Source of the DNA: an uncultured Chitinophagaceae bacterium
GTDB lineage: Bacteria; Bacteroidota; Ignavibacteria; UBA10030; UBA8401
DNA: 64,000 bases
Assembly (NCBI GenBank): GCA_964596155.1
Contig: CAZQSI010000001.1
Location: 28,989 to 92,988 of the forward strand
Direction: 5' to 3'
Below the pieces are notes generated by a model. The model was not told the DNA's origin and searched no databases. It worked only from the letters and a program-made list of their open reading frames with translations. The position numbers and the translations under genes were made by a program. Positions 41,066 through 50,935 of the stretch are shown here, in pieces; the stretch's first letter is position 1, and every line of letters begins with the position of its first letter.

Positions 41066-41367
41066 ATGACAAGTGTCAACTGATGAAATTGATGCTTATG
41101 CGTCAGCCGTTGATTTCTTATTGGACGTCCGGATTTATCGTCCGCATCCAAAGAACGTCTCGATGAATGTCGAGACCGGTTCGGAGCGAACGATCACCAT
41201 CGCGTCAAACTGATATTCATTTCTTTTCCATCAGCCATCGCAGACGCTCCACGCCTCCCGCAACAGGATCTTCGGTACGATGCAATTCTGAATTTTCGAA
41301 TTGCACTAGCGTACGGATAGTGCAGAACCTGTGGCGCTCTGCGAGGCGGATACCGGTTTCCCTGAGA

Positions 41368-43662
41368 TCAGAGTTCATATTCCACTCCGAAAATGGGCAG
41401 AAAATTCCACTGGTAAAGCGTATCCTCCGTATTCTCCTTCTGATTCCAAAAATACGCCGCCACATTTTTCCTGTTATACACATTCCATGCGCTGAGATAC
41501 AGGACCAGGTTCGAACCGGAAAAATGGAAGCGTTTGTCGAACCGGACATTCATGGAATGATAGGCTGGATACCGCTCGCCGTTGATCTTTGTTCCGTCAA
41601 ATACGCCCCGCTGTAATTGTGCCGACCGTCCACGGTCGAGCGGGGTGTACGGCGTACCGCCGGCATAGATCCACCGCGCGCTGAATTCCCATTCTACATT
41701 CGGTTTATACCCACCTTCTGCACTTACAATCACCCTGTTATCGAAAACACGGTTTCGCCATACATCGTCCGCGCCTTTATACTCTGTCCGGAAGAATGTC
41801 GCGCTCGCAATACCGTAAAAATCCCGTGCAAGCTTCTTCTGCAGCGTCAGTTCGATTCCGCGTGAGCGTGCCTTTCCGTTACTTGTCAGCGCTCCGTGAT
41901 TAAAATAGAGACCATTACGGTAGAAGACCTCGTCCACTAGGAAGAGCGCCGGATCGGAAGGATCGACAGGAAAATCATAATATTCTTTCTGATAGATCTC
42001 CACGCTCAGCTTGGTATCTTCGGTCAGCAGATGATCGGCGCCGGCAATATAGTGAACTGCATACGGATCACGGAGACTTGCATTGGAAGCATTCTGAGCA
42101 AGCAGGACCACGGGCATATTTTGATAGTACATTCCCGACGCAAGCTTGAACGAGGTTAACTCATTTAATTGAAAGGAGAGTGATATGCGCGGAGAGACCG
42201 TCAGTTGGTCATTATAGCCGAAGTAATCTGTCCGTGCACCGACCGTGGCGGTTAATCCCCGCAGGGGATGGACGATGTAGGTAAAGTATGCGCCGAGTTT
42301 CATCTCGCTCAGTTTGTTGCGCAGCACCGCAGCGGCAATGGAATCTCCCAGTGCTCCTGTATATGCTCCGAATGAATTGTCAAAGGAGACGAACAACTGT
42401 TTGAATTCTGCACCGAACTCCAGCGAATGCATTTCCGATAACCGAAGATGCTGTGAATTGCGGAGTGCAGCGGATCCTTCGGTTGATCTGTTCCTTACCA
42501 GTGATGCGCCGCTGTTCGTTTCAAAATAATCTTCCCGAGCGGTTATTGTCTGCACTCCTACGGTCGTCATCGAGTAGAATCCGCTGTTCCATAACGCTCT
42601 CCAAGTGATACCTCCGGCATTTTGATTGATATCCTGATTGCCATAATAGAGCATATCATTCTCTTCGGCCACGCTGCGGGAAGGATTGTTATGATCATCC
42701 CCGTGTAAAGTTACAAGACTTACCCGATGTTCCGGCGAAAGATCGAAGACAATCTTGGCCTGTGCGTCTCCGTACCGCGGCGCCACGGAGGTGCCGATGT
42801 CAATCATATCCACTAAAACATCCAGATAACTTCGGCGGAGAGACAATAGGTAAGATCCGTGTTCACCGAGCGGTCCTTCGGCCACTCCGCCGAATCCGGC
42901 AATATTGAAATCGATCTGTCCGTCAAAATTGTTCCGGTTCCCTTCCCGTAATTTCAGATCCAGAATGGAGGACATCTTATCACCGTACGCCGCAGAAAAT
43001 CCGCCGGTATAGAAGTTTACTTCGTCGATCAGATCCACATTCACCATGCCGATCGGTCCTCCGGTTGCACCCTGCGTCGGGAAATGATTGATATTCGGTA
43101 TTTCGATGCCGTCCAGATAGAATGCGTTCTCCAGCGGACTCCCGCCGCGTACGATAAGACTGTTGGATTGATCGTTCACCTTTGCCAGACTCGGCAGACC
43201 CATGATCACCCGGCTGATATCTCCGCCGGACCCCGGAGCACGGCGGATCTCTTCGGCGCTCAAGGCGGTGATACTGAGCGGCTGCACATCATTCTGCCGG
43301 AAATATCCTGCCGTGACTACCACCTGTTCGGATTCTATGATCTGTTCCGACAACTCTCCGGTGAGTGTTGTGATCCGCTGCGAACGGACGATGATATCCG
43401 TCTTCGTGAAAACAGAGTAACCAACCATGCGGAACTGCACTGAATAATTCCCAACGGGAATGTTGCTGATAATGAATTTTCCATCCGTGTCCGTGACGGC
43501 GCCTAATGATGTGTTCAATACAATGATATTGACGCCAATAAGTGGGTTTTGGGTAGATTGATCAATTGCCGAACCTTCGATTGTTCCCGTCAACTGCTGG
43601 GAATTCAGCGCAGGATAAACAAAAAATATAATCGCCATGATTGAGAGAAAAAAATGTTTCAT
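41368..43662 (-). CDS. TonB-dependent outer-membrane receptor with an N-terminal carboxypeptidase-regulatory-like domain
   Basis: 764 aa. Signal peptide. CarbopepD_reg-like GTIEGSAIDQSTQNPLIGVNIIVLNTSLGAVTDTDGKFIISNIPVGNYSV. Plug domain followed by the barrel. Confidence 0.9.
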   Translation of the reverse strand: MKHFFLSIMAIIFFVYPALNSQQLTGTIEGSAIDQSTQNPLIGVNIIVLNTSLGAVTDTDGKFIISNIPVGNYSVQFRMVGYSVFTKTDIIVRSQRITTLTGELSEQIIESEQVVVTAGYFRQNDVQPLSITALSAEEIRRAPGSGGDISRVIMGLPSLAKVNDQSNSLIVRGGSPLENAFYLDGIEIPNINHFPTQGATGGPIGMVNVDLIDEVNFYTGGFSAAYGDKMSSILDLKLREGNRNNFDGQIDFNIAGFGGVAEGPLGEHGSYLLSLRRSYLDVLVDMIDIGTSVAPRYGDAQAKIVFDLSPEHRVSLVTLHGDDHNNPSRSVAEENDMLYYGNQDINQNAGGITWRALWNSGFYSMTTVGVQTITAREDYFETNSGASLVRNRSTEGSAALRNSQHLRLSEMHSLEFGAEFKQLFVSFDNSFGAYTGALGDSIAAAVLRNKLSEMKLGAYFTYIVHPLRGLTATVGARTDYFGYNDQLTVSPRISLSFQLNELTSFKLASGMYYQNMPVVLLAQNASNASLRDPYAVHYIAGADHLLTEDTKLSVEIYQKEYYDFPVDPSDPALFLVDEVFYRNGLYFNHGALTSNGKARSRGIELTLQKKLARDFYGIASATFFRTEYKGADDVWRNRVFDNRVIVSAEGGYKPNVEWEFSARWIYAGGTPYTPLDRGRSAQLQRGVFDGTKINGERYPAYHSMNVRFDKRFHFSGSNLVLYLSAWNVYNRKNVAAYFWNQKENTEDTLYQWNFLPIFGVEYEL

Positions 43663-43750
43663 TTGTGCTCCGGGATGATTGCGGTTAGAATCGAAATTGA
43701 TAACACCACAAATTTACGCGGAACTCGAGGGGAATTCGCTTTTACCGATG

Positions 43751-43779
43751 GGATTGAACCCAGTTTTAAGGTTCAATCC
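43751..43779. promoter_or_regulatory. Perfect 10-bp inverted repeat GGATTGAACC-n9-GGTTCAATCC, 83 bp upstream of the TonB-receptor start. Candidate operator.
   Basis: Read directly: 43751-43760 GGATTGAACC, 43770-43779 GGTTCAATCC. Confidence 0.35.
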
Positions 43780-44150
43780 GATTGGGGTGAACGGGGGTAA
43801 ATAAGTGTGACTTGAAAAATATATTTCGCCAACATTTTTTTGCAACCGTGCCAATCCATTGGCAGTCATACGGCAAAGATAGATGTCCGCCGCCGAACGG
43901 TCCGGAAGAAAAAGATCGAGATCTCCGTTGCAGTCGAATGATCGGTATAACTCTGGTTATCATCAGTATTGAACGGCGTCCGGATCTTATCACAGCTGAG
44001 GGTTTAGAGGTTCTTAAAATCTTTCTTTGTGTATTTGGAAAAATGAATCTACACTTTTGAGAGAATTGGTCAGATTGACGCTGCAGAATAAAGATGTGTT
44101 AGCAGAAGAGGAGGAGGGTGTCAAAACATAGAACATCTTAAAATGGCAGA

Positions 44151-45308
44151 CTATTTTACGGCGGTATTGCGGTATTCAGACGGCGTCATTCCGGTCTGTT
44201 CTTTGAAGAGCGTATTGAAGGTTGCCTTGGAATTAAATCCGGCGTCGAAGGCAATGGAAAGGATCTTCAGGTGCTGTTTTGCGGGATCGGCCAGATCCCG
44301 TTTCACTTCTTCCAGACGGTAGCCGTTTACAAAATCATAGAAATTCTTCTTCAGCTTTGTATTGATCACTTCGGAAAGATTGTGCGGCGACACAGAAAGT
44401 GCCTCGGAAAGTTCCGTCAGCGTCAGAGCGCTGTTTCGGTAGATCTTTTTCTCGTGCATGACGGTAAGCAACGACCGTACATAGTGCTCCGCTGTATCAT
44501 TAGAGAGACCGGACCGTTCATATTTTACGGTATTATTTCTATCGTGTGTCGTTTCAATTTCTTCAACTGTTTTCATTGCCTTTTCCACCATACGGTCTGC
44601 AAAGATCTCGGATTTCAACAACCCGAGATATCCCATGCTATAGACGTACAGAGCAAATCCGACGGAGGAAAGGATGAAATTCGTTAAGTTGACGCCCTGT
44701 ACAAGGAAGAACTCCTCAATACAAAAAAGTGAAATGGCGCCGAATCCCATCAGCGTGATATTCCTCAGCCAGTTCAACCGCACTGACTCGATGGAGGATA
44801 CGACATCTTTTACATGGCTGTTGTACCGCCGGATCATTTTTAGACTCAATCCGAAGTAGGAAAGTCCGAGCACAATCACGGCAATGTTATAGACGCGCAG
44901 AATGACCGGCGTTTCGGTTGCACTGACTTCACCCGCCAGGGTAAAATCCATTTGTCCCGTCAGGATTGAAATGAAGAGCGTACATTCAAAGAGAATGAAT
45001 GGAGCGTAATGTACTATCTCGGCGGCATTAAATTTCTCTGAACGATAGATAAGATGGCGAGTATACAAATAATGGAGCGGAATGGCTGCAAGTGCAAATC
45101 CGCTGATAAGAAAAAGGAACGGAAATGAAATGTAGAGTCCTGTATCCTGAAGCAGCAAATGGATTAGTACCGCCATGTAACTGAGCATCAGCAGGGCAAG
45201 ATAGCGGTTGGCAAAAAGCGCACGATGCTTCTGAAAGATAAGAAGCGCCAGCAGAAGACCCTGCGCCGCAGCAATCATAATGAGGATATTCGGAAAGTTC
45301 AATTCCAT
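44151..45308 (-). CDS. Membrane-embedded AraC-family transcriptional regulator (about 7 N-terminal TM helices plus a C-terminal AraC HTH)
   Basis: Start at MELNFPNILIMIAAAQGLLLALLIF. Seven hydrophobic segments. C-terminal LTLTELSEALSVSPHNLSEVINTKLKKNFYDFVNGYRLEEVKRDL...TFNTLFKEQTGMTPSEYR. Confidence 0.8.
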   Translation of the reverse strand: MELNFPNILIMIAAAQGLLLALLIFQKHRALFANRYLALLMLSYMAVLIHLLLQDTGLYISFPFLFLISGFALAAIPLHYLYTRHLIYRSEKFNAAEIVHYAPFILFECTLFISILTGQMDFTLAGEVSATETPVILRVYNIAVIVLGLSYFGLSLKMIRRYNSHVKDVVSSIESVRLNWLRNITLMGFGAISLFCIEEFFLVQGVNLTNFILSSVGFALYVYSMGYLGLLKSEIFADRMVEKAMKTVEEIETTHDRNNTVKYERSGLSNDTAEHYVRSLLTVMHEKKIYRNSALTLTELSEALSVSPHNLSEVINTKLKKNFYDFVNGYRLEEVKRDLADPAKQHLKILSIAFDAGFNSKATFNTLFKEQTGMTPSEYRNTAVK

Positions 45309-45373
45309 GGAGAAAGATACGCGGAAATGCATGGAACTACAATGATCAATACGCAGACAATCCAAATGGGATC

Positions 45374-45408
45374 AAAAAAAATCCCGCCGAAGCAGGATTT
45401 TTTATTTT
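45374..45408. terminator. Symmetric (bidirectional) terminator hairpin downstream of bipA
   Basis: AAAAAAAATCC-cgccgaagca-GGATTTTTTATTTT. Confidence 0.55.
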
Positions 45409-45489
45409 CTCGGTTTCCTCGCGCACCCTGTAACACCCAATTATACTCGGTTGGAACGACAAGGATCAGGTTTTTGTGAATCAATGGCG

Positions 45490-47337
45490 TTATTCTTCTA
45501 TCGTGTTTTTCTTCTTGGACATCCTGTTGCGTTCGTTGTGATCAAGATATTTCTTCCGCAGACGAATGGCGTTCGGTGTTACTTCAACATACTCGTCGTC
45601 GCCGATCCACTCGATGGCCTGTTCCAGCGTCATCAACAGCGGCGGTTCAAGGCGAACTGCCTCGTCGGATCCCGAAGCGCGCATATTCGTCAACTGTTTT
45701 GCTTTGCAGACGTTGACGGTCATATCTCCTTCGCGGGAATTCTCTCCGACGATCATGCCGGCATAGACTTTGGTCTGCGGTTCGATGAAGAACGTCGAAC
45801 GTTCCTGCAGTTTGAACATGCCGTATGCCACCGCTTCACCGGTTTCCAGCGACACCAGTGCGCCGCGCGTGCGGTGCGACAATTCGCCCTTAAACGGTTC
45901 GTAACCGTGGAAATTGTGATGAAGAATGCCGGTTCCTTTTGTCTGCGTCATAAATTCGTTTCTGAATCCTATCAGTCCGCGCGCAGGAACGAAGAACTCC
46001 AGCCGTGTGTTGCCGCTGGAGGAAATCATATTTTTCATTTCTCCTTTGCGCTTTCCGAGATTTTCGATGACCGTACCGGTAAATTCATCAGGAACGTCGA
46101 TGATGACATGTTCGATCGGTTCGCAGAGCACGTCGTCGATCCGTTTGAAAATCACCTGCGGACGGGAAACCTGCAGCTCGTATCCTTCCCGGCGCATGTT
46201 TTCAATCAGCACGCCGAGATGAAGTTCTCCGCGCCCGCTCACCTTGAAGACATCGGGTGAATCGGTCAGTTCCACCTGCAAACTCACGTTTGACCGGAGT
46301 TCTTTCATGAGGCGTTCCTGTAAATTTCTGGTGGTCACATACTTTCCGTCCAGTCCGGCAAACGGCGAGTTGTTGACGACAAAGTTCATGGAGAGCGTCG
46401 GCTCTTCGATGGCGACAAACGGCAGCGGCGTCGGATCGGCGGCATCGACAATTGTTTCGCCGATATCAACATCTTCCATTCCCGCGATGGCGATTATGTC
46501 TCCCACGCTCGATTCGTTCACTTCAATCCGCTTCAATCCTTCAAACGTATAAATTTTTGTCACGCGCGCATCCTCTTTCGATCCGTCGCGGTGAATCACT
46601 TCCATCTGTCCGCCGAGCTTGATGATGCCGCGGTGCACTTTGCCGATGCCGAGTCGTCCGAGGTAATCATTGTAATCAATGGTCGTCACCAGCATTTGAA
46701 ACGGCTCGTTCAGCTCGCCCTTCGGCGGAGGAACCTTTGCAACAATCGAATCGAATAACGGTTCAAGCGAGGTTCCTTTTTCTTCAAGCTCCCGCTGTGC
46801 AATACCTTGCTTTGAAATGGCGTAGATGGTCGGGAAGTCAAGCTGCTGATCATTTGCTCCGAGCGAAAGAAACAATTCAAACACTTCATCGAGCACTTCA
46901 TGTGCACGGGCGTCCTTCCGGTCGATCTTGTTGATGACGACGATCGGCTGCAGGTTCAGGTCGAGAGATTTTTTCAGCACGAACTTTGTTCCCGGCAGCG
47001 GTCCTTCGGAAGCATCCACCAGCAGGAGCACGCCGTCCACCATTTTCAATGTCCGCTCCACCTCGCCGGCAAAATCGGAGTGGCCGGGAGTATCCACGAT
47101 GTTGATTTTATATTTTTCCTTCGTCGTCTTGTCCGTGTAAAAGACGGAAGTGTTTTTCGCAAGAATGGTGATGCCGCGTTCTTTTTCCTGTGCGTTGGAA
47201 TCCATAACGCGGGTTTCCACCTGCTGATTGTCGCGGAATGTTCCGGTCTGCCTCAGTAATTGATCGACCAGTGTTGTTTTGCCGTGATCGACGTGCGCGA
47301 TAATGGCGATATTGCGGATATTGCTCTGTTTGAACAT
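45490..47337 (-). CDS. bipA: Translational GTPase BipA/TypA. Start at MFKQSNIRNIAIIAHVDHGKTT.
   Basis: EF-G-like GTPase with G-domain motifs and a BipA-type C-terminal domain. The track ORF begins 29 codons upstream with non-conserved sequence. Confidence 0.95.
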   Translation of the reverse strand: MFKQSNIRNIAIIAHVDHGKTTLVDQLLRQTGTFRDNQQVETRVMDSNAQEKERGITILAKNTSVFYTDKTTKEKYKINIVDTPGHSDFAGEVERTLKMVDGVLLLVDASEGPLPGTKFVLKKSLDLNLQPIVVINKIDRKDARAHEVLDEVFELFLSLGANDQQLDFPTIYAISKQGIAQRELEEKGTSLEPLFDSIVAKVPPPKGELNEPFQMLVTTIDYNDYLGRLGIGKVHRGIIKLGGQMEVIHRDGSKEDARVTKIYTFEGLKRIEVNESSVGDIIAIAGMEDVDIGETIVDAADPTPLPFVAIEEPTLSMNFVVNNSPFAGLDGKYVTTRNLQERLMKELRSNVSLQVELTDSPDVFKVSGRGELHLGVLIENMRREGYELQVSRPQVIFKRIDDVLCEPIEHVIIDVPDEFTGTVIENLGKRKGEMKNMISSSGNTRLEFFVPARGLIGFRNEFMTQTKGTGILHHNFHGYEPFKGELSHRTRGALVSLETGEAVAYGMFKLQERSTFFIEPQTKVYAGMIVGENSREGDMTVNVCKAKQLTNMRASGSDEAVRLEPPLLMTLEQAIEWIGDDEYVEVTPNAIRLRKKYLDHNERNRMSKKKNTIEE

Positions 47338-47388
47338 TGTTTTTCTCTGATTCCAAGCCCTGCGGGCCGGCTGTAAAGTGAACCTATA

Positions 47389-47420
47389 ATAAAAAACGTC
47401 CCGAATTGCGTGCGGGACGT
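47389..47420 (-). terminator. Rho-independent terminator (minus strand) after the amidase gene
   Basis: Plus-strand AAAAAA-ACGTCCCG-aattgcgtg-CGGGACGT. On the minus strand the hairpin is followed by a U-run. Confidence 0.6.
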
Positions 47421-47476
47421 TCAATTGACTTTATAAAGATACGGAAAAAAGTCGGAATTTCTAAATGAATAATTCT

Positions 47477-48103
47477 TTATGAGGGTCGTTGTAATGCTGT
47501 GATGCGGGCTTTTACCTCCCGGTGAAAGTATCCGTTCTGCAGGTATTGATAGAGGTTCGCTCCGGGACAGAGAGTCATTGCGGAGTAATCTTTATGTCCC
47601 CGGATGGAATCAACCGGGACGCCGTATTTCAGCGACAGCATCGTCATAGTTCTCACTACGGCGTCCAGTTGCTGCTGATTCGGTTTCACCTCTTCGAAAT
47701 TTCCGACAACCTCAATCAGGGCATGACCCGACGGATCATATTCGGTATTGGTATCACCGGCGTAGTTGATGTTTCTTCCCTCATAGATCCTGCCATCCAG
47801 GTCGATTACATAATGATAGGGAATATCAATCCATTTCTTTTCGCGGCGGGACCACGACTGCAGGTTGCGCAGGTATTGCTGCGGATCCTTGCCGTGTGGA
47901 AAGGGCTCACCTTGATGGTGCAGTGTGATGCGAGTGATCGAATGCTTTCGGGCGAGCGAATCAACGGCGGGAGTACCTCCCCACTGGTCGACGGTGATTA
48001 TTTCCCGTTCGATCTCCGCACGGGTGAGTGTTGGTGAAGAGGAACAGCCGGCGAACACCAGCGCTCCAATAAGCAGGCACAATGGTCGGTACATTGTTGT
48101 CAT
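47477..48103 (-). CDS. N-acetylmuramoyl-L-alanine amidase (amidase_2 / PGRP domain) lipoprotein
   Basis: MTTMYRPLCLLIGALVFAGCSSS has a lipobox (LVFAGC). ...ITLHHQG...HYVIDLDGRIYEGR...GHKDYSAMTLCPG. Confidence 0.8.
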   Translation of the reverse strand: MTTMYRPLCLLIGALVFAGCSSSPTLTRAEIEREIITVDQWGGTPAVDSLARKHSITRITLHHQGEPFPHGKDPQQYLRNLQSWSRREKKWIDIPYHYVIDLDGRIYEGRNINYAGDTNTEYDPSGHALIEVVGNFEEVKPNQQQLDAVVRTMTMLSLKYGVPVDSIRGHKDYSAMTLCPGANLYQYLQNGYFHREVKARITALQRPS

Positions 48104-48137
48104 ATCCGCAAATCCTTTTATTGATAAAATAGTCAAC

Positions 48138-49187
48138 TTAAGCGGAAAGAGGAAAGAATTTTTTCTGCAGCCATAACGAAACACTTACGAGACCGATGAG
48201 CACCGGCACTTCCACCAGCGGACCGATCACAGCTGCGAATGCGACGCCCGATTGGATGCCGAAGACAGCAATTGCCACCGCAATGGCAAGTTCGAAATTA
48301 TTGCTCGCCGCAGTGAACGAAAGGGTTGCCGTCCGCGAATAATCCGCACCGCTTTTTCTGCCGAGATAAAAGGAGAGAGCAAACATCAGTAAAAAATAGA
48401 GCACCAGAGGAACGGCGATACGGAAAACATCGCCGGGAATTTTGACGATGTATTCACCCTTCATCGAAAACATTACGAAGACCGTAAAGAGCAGCGCAAT
48501 CAGCGTAACCGGAGAAATCGCAGGAATGAATCGTTTCGCATACCATTCATTTCCTTTAAGCTTCCTCAGCGTCATCCGGGTGACCATACCCGCGATAAAC
48601 GGAATGCCGAGATAGATAAAAACAGATTCCGCTATTTGACCCATGGTGATGTCGACCGCAAACGTCCTCATGCCGAGCCACGAGGGAACCAGAGTCAAAA
48701 AGAAATATGCGTACACCGGAAAAAAAAGAACCTGAAAAATGGAATTGAATGCAACGAGACCCGCGGCATATTCGGTGTCCCCGCCGGCCAGCTCATTCCA
48801 GACAATGACCATTGCAATACAGCGGGCGAGACCGATCATGATCAATCCCGCCATATATTCAGGATACCCCTGAAGAAACACCACTGCCAGAATGAACATC
48901 AGCACAGGACCGATGAGCCAGTTTTGGAACAGTGAGAGGAGAAGAATCTTTTTGTTTGAGAAGACATCTCCCAGTTCTTCATATTTTACCTTGGCAAGCG
49001 GCGGATACATCATCAGAATAAGGCCGGCGGCAATCGGAAGATTGGTCGTCCCACTGGTCATCGAATCCCACACCTGAACAATGCTGGGCGAGAAAAATCC
49101 GGCAAGAACGCCGGCGGACATTGCGGTGAAAATCCACAGCGTGAGAAACCGGTCGAGAAATGATAGTTGTTGTGTTTGTTTGATCAT
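48138..49187 (-). CDS. acr3: Arsenite efflux transporter, ACR3 family
   Basis: 349 aa. Ten predicted TM segments. [20 protein letters not shown]...[14 protein letters not shown]. Confidence 0.9.
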   Translation of the reverse strand: MIKQTQQLSFLDRFLTLWIFTAMSAGVLAGFFSPSIVQVWDSMTSGTTNLPIAAGLILMMYPPLAKVKYEELGDVFSNKKILLLSLFQNWLIGPVLMFILAVVFLQGYPEYMAGLIMIGLARCIAMVIVWNELAGGDTEYAAGLVAFNSIFQVLFFPVYAYFFLTLVPSWLGMRTFAVDITMGQIAESVFIYLGIPFIAGMVTRMTLRKLKGNEWYAKRFIPAISPVTLIALLFTVFVMFSMKGEYIVKIPGDVFRIAVPLVLYFLLMFALSFYLGRKSGADYSRTATLSFTAASNNFELAIAVAIAVFGIQSGVAFAAVIGPLVEVPVLIGLVSVSLWLQKKFFPLSA

Positions 49188-49603
49188 CGGATGGATTGAT
49201 AAAAGGTTTGAAAGCCGTCGCGGATTTCGTCCCTTACGCGCCTGAAGACCGAGAGAATTTCCTCTTCGGTCCCAACCGCTTCCGCCGGATCATCAAATCC
49301 GATGTGCAACATGCGGCCGACAGTTCCGTGAAATACCGGACAGCTATCTTTTGCATTGTCGCAGACCGTGATCACATAATCGAATGTCTCCGACAGAAAC
49401 AAGTCGACATTTTTCGGATACTGTTGGCTCAGGTCAATGCCGATTTCCTTCATCACCGCCACCGCCTTCGGATGAACGAACGATGCCGCTTTGGTTCCTG
49501 CAGAAAACACCTGAAGCGACGGATCGAACGATTTTAAAAATCCTTCGGCCATTTGCGACCTGCAGGAATTTCCTGTGCAAAGTATTAATATGCGTTTTGT
49601 CAT
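49184..49603 (-). CDS. arsC: Arsenate reductase, LMW-PTP (thioredoxin-coupled) type
   Basis: 139 aa. [15 protein letters not shown]-loop. Stop overlaps the acr3 start (ATGA). Confidence 0.85.
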   Translation of the reverse strand: MTKRILILCTGNSCRSQMAEGFLKSFDPSLQVFSAGTKAASFVHPKAVAVMKEIGIDLSQQYPKNVDLFLSETFDYVITVCDNAKDSCPVFHGTVGRMLHIGFDDPAEAVGTEEEILSVFRRVRDEIRDGFQTFYQSIR

Positions 49604-49623
49604 AATAAAAGCGGGATTGTTGT

Positions 49624-50433
49624 TCAGGGCTTTTCGCCGTACACGGTGATGCTGAAAATACCGATCTCTTTTTCCTTGAATTCCTTCAATTGTTCCGACG
49701 AAAGATAGCTTGTAAGTAAATCCTGCGGAAGCGTAATCAGACGTTCTTTTTGCACGGTCAGCCGGACAAATCCCGCGGAGCGGATAATCGACAGATACTC
49801 TTCCTTTTGGATTGCGCCTGAAACGCAGCCGGCGTAGAGCGCGGCGTCATTTTTCAATCCTTCCGGAAGATCGCCGACAAGCACGATATCGGAAATGGAA
49901 AAATGTCCGCCCGGTTTCAGGATGCGAAACGTCTCGGCAAACGCCTTCCGTTTGTCCGGCACCAAATTCATGACGCAGTTGCTGACCACCACATCGGCTG
50001 TGTTGTCGCTGACCGGCATCTGTTCGATGTCGCCGAGACGAAAATCCACATTGGTGACGCCGAGTGCGGCGGCATTTTTTTTCGCCTTCTCGATCATTGC
50101 TTCCGTCATATCAATTCCGATCACCGAGCCCGATGATCCTACAACGGAGAGGGCGATAAACGCATCGTTGCCCGCACCCGAACCGAGATCGACAACAGTG
50201 TCTCCCTCTTTCATGCGTGCAAACTCGGTCGGAAGACCGCAACCCAGACCGAGGTCTGCATCCGCGACATATCCTGACAGATTGGAATAATCTTCAGCCA
50301 TGACGGATGTATCGGAAGGGGAGCAGCCGCAGCTGCTCCCGCAGCATGACGTTTCATTCTGCTCTTTGCTTTGCAGGGCTATCTCGCCGTATTTTTGCCT
50401 GACAATTTCTTTTAATTCAAGATCCGTGGACAT
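49624..50433 (-). CDS. arsM: Arsenite S-adenosylmethionine methyltransferase. Start at MSTDLELKE, preceded by AAAAGGAGGAAAA.
   Basis: Cys-rich N-terminal region CCGSSCGCSP. SAM motif VVDLGSGAGND. Additional Cys in ...LYAGCVSGA. Confidence 0.85.
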   Translation of the reverse strand: MSTDLELKEIVRQKYGEIALQSKEQNETSCCGSSCGCSPSDTSVMAEDYSNLSGYVADADLGLGCGLPTEFARMKEGDTVVDLGSGAGNDAFIALSVVGSSGSVIGIDMTEAMIEKAKKNAAALGVTNVDFRLGDIEQMPVSDNTADVVVSNCVMNLVPDKRKAFAETFRILKPGGHFSISDIVLVGDLPEGLKNDAALYAGCVSGAIQKEEYLSIIRSAGFVRLTVQKERLITLPQDLLTSYLSSEQLKEFKEKEIGIFSITVYGEKP

Positions 50434-50546
50434 TGTATTTTCCTCCTTTTGAAGATCCGCAGCAATCGGTGCCGCAGCATGGCTCTTTTTCTTCATTGAT
50501 GTTCATGACGTTCTCCTTTTTAGTATGTGTGCAAACGTGAAACATT

Positions 50547-50867
50547 TCAACAGCACTTTTTCATCGTCATCAGAAATCCTCCCAGCATCGACTGCATGTC
50601 GTTCCAACCCCGTTCGTCGAGGCAATAGCAGACGGACGTTCCTTCAATTTCTCCCTTGATAAGTCCTGCATTCTTCAATTCCTTCAAATGCTGGGAGACA
50701 GTGGATTGTGACAAGGGGAGTTCGTCCACAATATCGCCGCACATGCACGCTCTTGTTTTCGAGAGATACTCCACGATGGCAACCCGCGCGGGATGGGCAA
50801 GTGCTTTGGCGTACCCTGCAAGACGGTTTTGCTGCTGAGAGAATTCTTCTTTTTTTGATGTTCCCAT
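50547..50867 (-). CDS. arsR: ArsR/SmtB-family metalloregulatory repressor
   Basis: 106 aa. [45 protein letters not shown] with the C-x-C metal(loid) site. Confidence 0.85.
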   Translation of the reverse strand: MGTSKKEEFSQQQNRLAGYAKALAHPARVAIVEYLSKTRACMCGDIVDELPLSQSTVSQHLKELKNAGLIKGEIEGTSVCYCLDERGWNDMQSMLGGFLMTMKKCC

Positions 50868-50878
50868 GACATTTTCTT

Positions 50879-50898
50879 TTATCGTAATATTACGATAA
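50879..50898. promoter_or_regulatory. Perfect 20-bp palindrome TTATCGTAATATTACGATAA, 12 bp upstream of the arsR start codon. Candidate ArsR operator.
   Basis: Read directly from the sequence. Both halves are exact reverse complements. Confidence 0.5.
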
Positions 50899-50935
50899 AA
50901 GTTGCATGACGCAAGGATTTTTTTTAAGTATTATT

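Noticed and set aside
43741-43810. tRNA-like T-arm motif GGTTCAATCC
   Set aside because: A cloverleaf could not be built on either strand: no acceptor stem, no CCA context and no D-arm. The motif is one arm of the perfect 10-bp inverted repeat, reported instead as a candidate operator.
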